Assembly (NCBI GenBank): GCA_945907065.1
Contig: CAMDSC010000002.1
Coordinates: forward strand, 96,803-160,802
DNA length: 64,000 bases
Origin: Chitinophaga pinensis
Lineage (GTDB): Bacteria > Bacteroidota > Bacteroidia > NS11-12g > UBA9320
Direction of reading: 5' to 3'
Within the stretch, counting starts at the first letter, position 1. The number at the start of each line of letters is the position of its first letter. Below the pieces are notes generated by a model. That model saw only the letters and a list, made by a program, of their open reading frames with translations. It ran no database searches and was not told the DNA's origin. Below are positions 1-7,843 of the stretch, one piece after another. Position numbers and translations under genes: made by a program.

Positions 1-1509
1 AGTTGGGGATGATTTAGTAAACAAATTATTCGTTATCATATTACTGTCATTTCCCCAAAACAATGTAGATGCTCCTATAAAAATAGCACCACTTGCTGAG
101 TTGGTATTTGCTGATCGAACTACGCAATTCCGAATTGTATTTCCAATAGCATCGTTTTGCATAGTGATTACTGTTCCTGTAGTACTTGCATTATTAAAAT
201 ACAATTCTCTTGAGGTACCAGAACCACCCGGACGTCCGTCAAAAGTTACTTTATAGGCATTATCCATAATAAATAATGCAGTAGCATTATTACCCGCTAT
301 TACAAGATTTGTAGCTCCTGAAGCTGGTCTAATTGTTAATCTCGGATTATTATTGAGTGAGCCACATATATTGCTGGTAAATTTTGTTATAGTAATTGGA
401 AACGATTCACCAGCACTTGAATAGCTATTCTGTAATTCTAAATTAACATTTCCATTCAATCCCTTTATTTTAAGAGAATCTATGGCCATTTTTATAGATG
501 AAAAATTTCCGGTAGAACCAATAGTATATGTTCCGCTCATTGGCGTTTGCGCTCCATACAAAATCATCGAAGTTAAATTGGTATCATTCGTTTGATTGGC
601 ATCTGATGAGTACTTGGTCCATGACTTAATGGTTAAAGCGCCTTTCATAGCGGCGGTATTTAAAGTTGTAAGATGTATGGTATCCGTAGCACACGAAGCC
701 AAAGTTCTTGTAAAAGTTTTTGTGTAGGTTCCTGAGGCGGCACCTGACAATGTCATCGATACTGGGATTGACGCTGATATGGAATTTGACCCCTGATTTT
801 TAATTTGTACAATAAATGGATCAGAAGCTGCACCGCAAAAATTGCTTGGATTTATTAAACTTGTAATTCCAACGTCATCAGTTCCACTGCTCAATGTAAT
901 GGTATAGTCTTCTGCTTCACCATAGTTATAAACAGTGCAACCATTGTCATTACCTGTGCAAGAACTGTAGGTAGTACGGATACGCATACGGGTCGTTCCT
1001 GAGAAACAACTGGACGGGATAGCCCCACTAAAATAGGTCAGCGAGGTTACACCTGGATTAAGATTACCTGAACCACTGCACCAGCCTGTTGAAATATATT
1101 CACCGGCATCGGCAAAGTCATTATCGGCATTTAAGTCAATCCAAACACCCACACCAACGGCATAAGAAATTCCGGTTGTAAACCCAAAAGAGTAGGTTTT
1201 ACCTGTTTTAAGAGTAAACATTGGTGCACTGCTTAAAAGAGTGTACTGGCCAGCAGATGCCTCACAACCATAATTGGGCGCTCCAGCATGGGCCTTGGTA
1301 TAAACAACGGTGGAACCATCCAAAATTTCAACAGCATTAATCGACATAAAGTAGGTTGTGCAATTACCGCTCTGGCTGTTGTAATCAGGATTACAATATG
1401 GAGATTGTGCCTTGACATAAATTCCTGATATCAAGAATAAAATTAGTATTAAGGATTTTGAAAAAACATAAATTAAATTTTTTGTAACTTGAGTAAATTT
1501 TTTTTTCAT
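1..1509 (-). CDS. Secreted GEVED-domain surface protein, partial. The N-terminus is in the window; the C-terminus runs off the 5' edge.
   Basis: ATG at 1507-1509 on the minus strand opens a reading frame with no stop down to position 1. The N-terminus is a signal peptide (MKKKFTQVTKNLIYVFSKSLILILFLISGIYVKAQ). A 'YNYGEAEDYTI' GEVED-type motif is present, and the protein is Thr/Ser/Gly/Asn-rich like Bacteroidota surface proteins. Confidence 0.5.
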   Translation of the reverse strand, partial: MKKKFTQVTKNLIYVFSKSLILILFLISGIYVKAQSPYCNPDYNSQSGNCTTYFMSINAVEILDGSTVVYTKAHAGAPNYGCEASAGQYTLLSSAPMFTLKTGKTYSFGFTTGISYAVGVGVWIDLNADNDFADAGEYISTGWCSGSGNLNPGVTSLTYFSGAIPSSCFSGTTRMRIRTTYSSCTGNDNGCTVYNYGEAEDYTITLSSGTDDVGITSLINPSNFCGAASDPFIVQIKNQGSNSISASIPVSMTLSGAASGTYTKTFTRTLASCATDTIHLTTLNTAAMKGALTIKSWTKYSSDANQTNDTNLTSMILYGAQTPMSGTYTIGSTGNFSSIKMAIDSLKIKGLNGNVNLELQNSYSSAGESFPITITKFTSNICGSLNNNPRLTIRPASGATNLVIAGNNATALFIMDNAYKVTFDGRPGGSGTSRELYFNNASTTGTVITMQNDAIGNTIRNCVVRSANTNSASGAIFIGASTLFWGNDSNMITNNLFTKSSPT

Positions 1510-1874
1510 ACGTTTCTATTTAGATTTTTTTAGGTTTCTTACTTTTTAAAAGTTTTGTAAAAGAATGTAAAGTGAACCGAATAACAAAATTTTAATTAAC
1601 AAAATATCACTTAAACATTAATTAAAATATTAAGTCATTGATTTACAGTATATAATTTTTTATACCTGTATAATAAACGACAATCTACTTTTTAATTTTG
1701 CTACTCTAATTTTATCTATCAATAGTTCTCCCGTTATTATTGTAAAAACTTATTTTTGCGGCTTGTCTTTTAAAGATAAAACAGAAAGCAAATTATGAAA
1801 TGCCCATGGAAAAGAGGTAACTCAAAAAAAGGCATTCCATATGACAAATGATTAAAAATAAAAATCAATTACAT

Positions 1875-2963
1875 ATGATAGAATATAAAGTAATAGGAGT
1901 AATGTCGGGAACATCAATGGACGGGGTTGACCTGGTTCATTGCACCCTGAATCAAACGAACGGAAAATGGAATTATAAAATCAATGCGGCCAAAACTTTA
2001 GACTATGATGAAAAATGGAGATTACGATTATCTAAACTTCGTTCACAATCGGCTTATAATTTTGTTAGAACCGATCGCTATTATGGCGAGTACATTGGTT
2101 TGTTAATTAATGATTTTTTGCATGAAACTAATCTTACAGCCGATTTAATTTCGTCTCACGGTCACACTATTTTTCACCAACCTGAAAATAATTTAACGAC
2201 ACAAATCGGAGATGGAAATGCAATATCAGCTGTAACCGGTATTCCATCGGTTACCAATTTTAGAGCAATGGATGTAATCCTTGGTGGACAAGGGGCTCCA
2301 TTAGTTGGCATAGGTGATAAACTGCTATTTAGTGAATATGACATGTGTTTAAATATTGGAGGTTTCGCCAACATTTCTGCTAATGTGAATGGAAATTATG
2401 TGGCGTATGACATTTGCCCTGCCAATATTTTATTAAATCGCATTGCTCGCGAGTTTGATATGGAATTTGATGAAGATGGCAAAATAGCTGAAACCGGTAA
2501 AATAGATTATGACCTTTTGGCTAACCTAAATAATATAGGTTACTATAATGAGGCTTACCCTAAATCATTAGGCCGCGAGTGGATAAACCAAAATTTTTGG
2601 GGTATCGTGCGTGAATGCAAAATAGAAAAGCAAGATAAAATGAAAACTTTGGTAGATCATATTGCCGGTCAGATAGGTCAAAACATAGATGATTTGGCCG
2701 ATGGTGATTCATCAAAAATAAAAGTATTAGCAACAGGTGGCGGAGTTCTAAATCCTGTGCTTATTGATTATATTAAATCGAACACTGATGCCGAGATTGT
2801 AGTGCCCGATAATCAACTTATAAATTATAAAGAAGCCTTAGTTTTTGCACTTATGGGTGTATTAAGAATTCAAAACCAACCCAATGTTTTAGCAAGTTTC
2901 ACCGGTGCTGATTCAGATTCAGTGAGTGGTTCATTGCACGGTGATTTTTCTAAGTTGGTTTAA
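1875..2963 (+). CDS. anmK: Anhydro-N-acetylmuramic acid kinase
   Basis: N-terminus MIEYKVIGVMSGTSMDGVDLV matches the AnmK 'GxMSGTSxDGxD' ATP-binding signature. Length is ~360 aa. The ORF track begins at 1848; the internal Met at 1875 fits AnmK N-termini better. Confidence 0.8.
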   Translation: MIEYKVIGVMSGTSMDGVDLVHCTLNQTNGKWNYKINAAKTLDYDEKWRLRLSKLRSQSAYNFVRTDRYYGEYIGLLINDFLHETNLTADLISSHGHTIFHQPENNLTTQIGDGNAISAVTGIPSVTNFRAMDVILGGQGAPLVGIGDKLLFSEYDMCLNIGGFANISANVNGNYVAYDICPANILLNRIAREFDMEFDEDGKIAETGKIDYDLLANLNNIGYYNEAYPKSLGREWINQNFWGIVRECKIEKQDKMKTLVDHIAGQIGQNIDDLADGDSSKIKVLATGGGVLNPVLIDYIKSNTDAEIVVPDNQLINYKEALVFALMGVLRIQNQPNVLASFTGADSDSVSGSLHGDFSKLV

Positions 2964-2980
2964 ATAGATTTTGAGATATG

Positions 2981-3094
2981 AGTACAGAGATATGAGAAAT
3001 GTGACTTTGATAAATATATTATTTACCAAAGTTTTTATTTCTAACTAATAAATACTCAATAATCTCATTTTTCAAAGTCTCATATCTCTGTACT
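2981..3094. repeat. Large intergenic inverted repeat: ~22-bp arms and a ~63-nt AT-rich loop between anmK and the downstream gene.
   Basis: 5' arm AGTACAGAGATATGAGA[aatgtg]ACTTTG (2981-3009). 3' arm CAAAGTCTCATATCTCTGTACT (3073-3094). The 3' arm is the near-exact reverse complement of the 5' arm apart from a 6-nt bulge. GAGATATGAG is directly duplicated inside the 5' arm. Confidence 0.4.
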
Positions 3095-3123
3095 TAAAAT
3101 CTCTATACTAAATATCTAAAAAA

Positions 3124-4353
3124 ATGACTTCTTTATTAAAAAAATTTGAACATAAACAACCTGAAATTGTATTTGAGTGGAAAGACTCGGAAACAGAAGC
3201 GGAAGGTTGGGTAGTTATCAATTCATTGCGTGGCGGCTCAGCCGGCGGTGGAACCCGAATGAGGAAAGGACTTAATAAACATGAAGTAGTTTCATTGGCC
3301 AAAACCATGGAAGTAAAATTTACAATTGCTGGGCCTCCAATTGGTGGTGCCAAATCCGGCATAAATTTTGACCCAAGTGACCCTCGTAAAAAAGGAGTTT
3401 TGCAACGCTGGTATAAGGCGGTTTACCCTCTATTGAAACATTATTATGGAACCGGAGGCGATTTGAATGTAGATGAAATTCATGAGGTGATTCCAATTAC
3501 TGCTGAATTAGGTTTACTTCACCCACAAGAAGGAACTGTTAATGGGCATTTAAAAAATTATTCGCCTGATGAAAAACTCAAATCTATCAGCCGTTTGCAA
3601 GCTGGAGTAAGTTTAAAAATAACCGATGAACGTTTTTCACCCGATGTAAATCGTGGCTATAATATTTCGGATATGATTACCGGATGGGGAGTAGCCGAAG
3701 CGGTTCGCCACTATTATGAAATTTGGGGCGGCTTAATGAAAGGTAAAATGGCCATCATTCAAGGCTGGGGAAATGTGGCCGCGACTGCCGCTTGGTATTT
3801 GAGTAAAAACGGAGTACTTATAGTTGGTATTCTTGATCGAACTCATGGTTTAATAAATAAACAAGGAATGACTTTTGAAGAAGTGAATGCATTGTTTTTA
3901 AACAAAAAAGGGCACACTTTGGTTTCGGATAATCTAATATCCTTTGAGGAAGCAAACGAACAGATTTGGAGCCTTGGAGCCGAAATTTTTATACCCGCTG
4001 CAGCTTCCCGATTGGTAACCGAACAGAATGTAATACAAATGATAGAAGGTGGCATGGAAGTGATAAGTTGCGGAGCAAATGTTCCATTTGCAGATGAAGA
4101 AATTTTTATGGGAAAAATAAGCCGATTGGCAGATGAAAACATGGCTGTTATTCCTGATTTTATTGCCAACTGCGGAATGGCTCGTGTATTTGCTTACCTA
4201 ATGAAACAAGAAGCTGAAGTTAATGATGTTGCTATATTAAAAGACTCTTCTACAATCATAAAAAGTGCTTTGATGCGGGTTCACCAATTTAACCCTAAAC
4301 ACACGGGTTTATCAAATAAAGCTTTAGAATTAAGTTTAACTGACTTGGTTTAA
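3124..4353 (+). CDS. Glu/Leu/Phe/Val-dehydrogenase-family amino-acid dehydrogenase (short form)
   Basis: Gly-rich substrate/catalytic motifs LRGGSAGGGTRM and AGPPIGGAKSG, followed by a Rossmann-like GWGNVAATAAWYL dinucleotide-binding segment. Length 409 aa. Confidence 0.55.
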   Translation: MTSLLKKFEHKQPEIVFEWKDSETEAEGWVVINSLRGGSAGGGTRMRKGLNKHEVVSLAKTMEVKFTIAGPPIGGAKSGINFDPSDPRKKGVLQRWYKAVYPLLKHYYGTGGDLNVDEIHEVIPITAELGLLHPQEGTVNGHLKNYSPDEKLKSISRLQAGVSLKITDERFSPDVNRGYNISDMITGWGVAEAVRHYYEIWGGLMKGKMAIIQGWGNVAATAAWYLSKNGVLIVGILDRTHGLINKQGMTFEEVNALFLNKKGHTLVSDNLISFEEANEQIWSLGAEIFIPAAASRLVTEQNVIQMIEGGMEVISCGANVPFADEEIFMGKISRLADENMAVIPDFIANCGMARVFAYLMKQEAEVNDVAILKDSSTIIKSALMRVHQFNPKHTGLSNKALELSLTDLV

Positions 4354-4359
4354 TTTTAA

Positions 4360-4384
4360 TTAGGAATTTGGAATTGATTGGCAA
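4360..4384. repeat. Short dispersed repeat TAATTAGGAATTTGGAATTGATTGG (a related copy is at 39892-39920).
   Basis: The tandem GGAATT-like hexamers here are nearly identical to AATTAGGAATTGGGAATTAGGAATCAGG upstream of the deoxyhypusine-synthase-like gene. Confidence 0.35.
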
Positions 4385-4386
4385 TT

Positions 4387-5004
4387 CTATTTTCTCTTAA
4401 TCTTCACGGGACTTTTTAGAGGCGGCTTGTAATAGGGATTATCTTCTGGAAATTCAAGTTTCAATTCATCCACTATATACCAGTTATTATTAAGCTGAAG
4501 GGCTACAAATTTTATAGTAAACTCCCGTTTTGATTTATGGCAAAATAAGGTGATGTAGGCAAAAGCATTCTCTTTTTCGTCCTTTCCCTCTTCTATTTTT
4601 ACTTTATCTTTTTCACAGGTTTTAAACTTTAATTTATTGGCTTTAGCCTTAGCATTCAAAACTTTAAGCTGCTTGGTAACTCTAAAATTAATTGTGTTAT
4701 ACTTAATCCGTATTACTTGTGGATTGTTCTTTATTTCAAGACTATCAAAGGTTTCTTTTAAAATTGCCAAAGTTGGAATTAAGCTTATAAAATCATCTTT
4801 TGTTTTTTGTTGCAAAGCCCACCAAGCTGTCTCAGCCAATTCTTCTGTAGTTTTAAATTCCCAAACTTTTTGAACCGAGGTATCTGCAATCTCTCCTTCG
4901 GTTTGGGCAAATGAATTACAGGCTATTAAAATTAGAAAAGCAAATCCTACTAGTTTTTTTGATAGGTATTGGAAGGAATTATTTAGAACAAAAAACCAAT
5001 TCAT
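4387..5004 (-). CDS. Hypothetical secreted protein
   Basis: 205-aa ORF with an N-terminal signal peptide (LVGFAFLILIACNSFAQ). It lies immediately downstream of, and on the same strand as, the vWA membrane protein. No recognisable motif. Confidence 0.45.
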   Translation of the reverse strand: MNWFFVLNNSFQYLSKKLVGFAFLILIACNSFAQTEGEIADTSVQKVWEFKTTEELAETAWWALQQKTKDDFISLIPTLAILKETFDSLEIKNNPQVIRIKYNTINFRVTKQLKVLNAKAKANKLKFKTCEKDKVKIEEGKDEKENAFAYITLFCHKSKREFTIKFVALQLNNNWYIVDELKLEFPEDNPYYKPPLKSPVKIKRK

Positions 5005-5029
5005 AATTTATAACTCATAGTTCATATTT

Positions 5030-7201
5030 CTAATAAGCTCCATTCCTCTTCCTTATAAACCACTCAGCAGTTATCAAAAACAGAATTAAGAAAAATACCC
5101 ACTTTTGGTTAATCAGATCGCGGTAATCTTTTTGTTCATACATTACCGGCTTCACTGTTCCTTGTTTTTTTATTAATTCTGCCAATTTATCCAAATCTTC
5201 AAAAGACACAAATTTTCCGCCTGTGGATGTAGCCAGTTGTTTTAATAGATCATGATTGGCTTTGGTTTCAATATATTCCAATTGCATTGGTTTTACAATT
5301 ACCAAGCCTTTGGCTATTTCATTATTTCCACCACTAATTACAAGGGCTAAATAGGTATAAGTACCTGGAGCTAATATACCTGCATCCAATTTATAAGCAT
5401 TGGTAGTACGGCTAAAATTGTAGTTATAATTTTTACCCTTTTCGTTGGTTAAGGTTAGTTTCACTTCAGCCTTATTTACCAATTCATAACTTTGGTTATA
5501 ATATTCAGCATTGAATTGAACTGGTTCATTTTCATAAAACGTATTTTCTACAGTGTATACTCTAAATTTTCGTTTATCATTCCTAGCCACTAAATATTGA
5601 ATGGATTTACAAATTAAATCATTGCTTACATCGTGGTTATTATTTCGGTCAAAATCAATCAATCGCCACCGCCAAAAACCTTCTCCTGTAAAAAAACCAT
5701 AACGGTTATTATCATCGTCATTAAAATAAATTAAAGGTTGGTCGGTTTTTACACTTCCAATTTGCTGGTAAACCATAATCTGTGATTTATCTTTAAAACT
5801 AAAATTGCCAAATGCTACTGAAAACGGAGGGAAATAAGGCAGATTGGATTTTAAAGCATCACTGGTTTCAAACAAGTAAAAATCCTGATTAATTATACCA
5901 GTAGTTTGATTATACCCGCCTCCTGTTTGGTTAAACATCAATCCAACTTTCAGACTGTTGAATAATGACAGATTTATTTGCCTACCCAAAACAAAAAGTA
6001 AAGGAATTTTATTAACTTTTAATCCTTCAATTAATGGCAAGTTATTATTACCGGCCGGTAATTGATGCAATATTACCAAGTCAAAATCTTTCGCTTTATC
6101 TAGCGAAGGATTCCCCGTCATATCCACCTCCACTTGGTAATTTTTATTCGATTCAATAGCTTGCCTAATAGCCGAAATATCAGGATGAGGACTTCTTGCC
6201 GCAATCAATACTTTTTGCCGAGCATCTATTACTTTAATAAAAAAATCACGGCGATTATTTAGCCATGTTATTTCATCATTTAAATTAGTAAGGATAGCTG
6301 TATAGTGCATCACACCTGGTTTTGATGCTTCTAAATCTACAGTTACCGATTTAAAATCACTCACGCTAGAAGCGGTTATACGAGATTCAAAAACTTTGTT
6401 CTCGCCGTTCAAAATTGAAAGCATATAAGTTTGTCCGGCACATTTATCAGCCTGAACATCAATAATTGCTGGAAATGTATTGTTCAAATACGCAATTGAA
6501 TTGGTTCTGATATTCGAAATTTTTAAATCTTTTTTTGTAATTGTATCACCCAAGCCGACTGTAAATACTGGAAATCTTGTGTTTTTTGAAGCATATACAG
6601 GATTGGTTCCTTTATTATAAATCCCATCACTTATAAGCACCATTCCACCCACATTACTGCCCGAATACACATTGCTCACCTCTTCAAACAAGGCTGAAAT
6701 ATCGGTCTGCTTACCTTTAAAATCAGGCTTATCTTTCACTTCCGGTTTATTACCAAAAAGGTAAGGTTGTACTTTTATTTCATTACCTATTTGGTTTTGA
6801 AAGGTTGTAAAAAAGTTAGTTAATTTTTTGCGATAAAGCGCTGAATCGGCCTGATTAATGATAGATTCAGAATTATCAATAGCCAATATCATTATTGGTT
6901 TTTCTACCTCACTGCTAATATATTTAAGCAAAGGATTGAGCAGCAAAAATGCAATTATACTTACAGATAAAAATCGGATTACTGCTATTACCCAGGTCCA
7001 AAGCTTTTGATTATTATCAAATAAAATGCTATGACCGCGGCCATAAAGCACAAATGCATACCCACCTCCGGCAGCTATACAAAATAAAATGAACCAAAGT
7101 GGATACTCGGTAAAAAACTGGACCGACATGAATGGCAAAAATAGCGCTAACCGATGGGATTTTTTTGGCAGATTAAGGTAATTTTTTGTCTCAAATTTCA
7201 C
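5030..7201 (-). CDS. vWA-domain membrane protein (BatA-like N-terminus, C-terminal TM anchor)
   Basis: Two or three N-terminal TM helices, then a MIDAS-like 'ILAIDNSESI' vWA start and 'VLISDGIYNKG'. There is a hydrophobic C-terminal helix (KWVFFLILFLITAEWFIRKR). Length 723 aa. Confidence 0.5.
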   Translation of the reverse strand: MKFETKNYLNLPKKSHRLALFLPFMSVQFFTEYPLWFILFCIAAGGGYAFVLYGRGHSILFDNNQKLWTWVIAVIRFLSVSIIAFLLLNPLLKYISSEVEKPIMILAIDNSESIINQADSALYRKKLTNFFTTFQNQIGNEIKVQPYLFGNKPEVKDKPDFKGKQTDISALFEEVSNVYSGSNVGGMVLISDGIYNKGTNPVYASKNTRFPVFTVGLGDTITKKDLKISNIRTNSIAYLNNTFPAIIDVQADKCAGQTYMLSILNGENKVFESRITASSVSDFKSVTVDLEASKPGVMHYTAILTNLNDEITWLNNRRDFFIKVIDARQKVLIAARSPHPDISAIRQAIESNKNYQVEVDMTGNPSLDKAKDFDLVILHQLPAGNNNLPLIEGLKVNKIPLLFVLGRQINLSLFNSLKVGLMFNQTGGGYNQTTGIINQDFYLFETSDALKSNLPYFPPFSVAFGNFSFKDKSQIMVYQQIGSVKTDQPLIYFNDDDNNRYGFFTGEGFWRWRLIDFDRNNNHDVSNDLICKSIQYLVARNDKRKFRVYTVENTFYENEPVQFNAEYYNQSYELVNKAEVKLTLTNEKGKNYNYNFSRTTNAYKLDAGILAPGTYTYLALVISGGNNEIAKGLVIVKPMQLEYIETKANHDLLKQLATSTGGKFVSFEDLDKLAELIKKQGTVKPVMYEQKDYRDLINQKWVFFLILFLITAEWFIRKRNGAY

Positions 7202-7274
7202 AATAACTGAATAACTTAATAACTCCGTAACTCTATTTCTTGTTTTTTATCTATTTTGCTCCAACTTTGTAACT

Positions 7275-7757
7275 ATGAAAAAAATTCTATTTATCTTGAT
7301 TGTTTTTGTAAGCTTTTTTTCAAACGCTCAAAAGATAACCGTACTTGACGATGAAAATGGATTTAGAGATATTCATTTTGGTGATAGTCTTTCGCTTTAT
7401 CCTACCATGAAAGCATTCGAAAAATCCAAGGACAGCAACTTTACTTATTATAGAAAAACAGATGATAGCCTAGTATTTGTAGAAGCAAAAGTTGATATTG
7501 TTTATACGTTTTACAAAGGTCAATTATCAACCGTTTTTGTCCATGCATTAGATTCATTGGGCAGCAGAAAAATTTTAAACTCTTTACAAAAATCATATGG
7601 TCCGGGATATCAACAGGATAAATACATGGAAACTTATCTTTGGTATGGCAGATTGGTCAATCTTTCCTATTATGAAAATGTAAATACATTTTTGGCCAAT
7701 GTATATATTAGCTCAATAAAAATGCAGCTAAAATCAGAAGGCCGAGACAAATATTAA
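7275..7757 (+). CDS. Hypothetical secreted protein
   Basis: Signal peptide MKKILFILIVFVSFFSNAQ; 160 aa; no recognisable motif. Confidence 0.45.
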   Translation: MKKILFILIVFVSFFSNAQKITVLDDENGFRDIHFGDSLSLYPTMKAFEKSKDSNFTYYRKTDDSLVFVEAKVDIVYTFYKGQLSTVFVHALDSLGSRKILNSLQKSYGPGYQQDKYMETYLWYGRLVNLSYYENVNTFLANVYISSIKMQLKSEGRDKY

Positions 7758-7843
7758 ACCATCCATCACTTTTTATATTTAAAAAACTTCTTGTTTTTTT
7801 TGTAATTAATGTCTTTACTTTGTCAAAGTAATGACTTTAAAGT

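Noticed and set aside
1510-1847. Scanned this and other AT-rich intergenic gaps larger than 200 bp (23617-23866, 56905-57187) for tRNA or small structured RNA genes.
   Set aside because: None show cloverleaf-compatible GC-rich stems or conserved tRNA boxes. They look like AT-rich promoter regions with TAnnTTTG-like -7 boxes.
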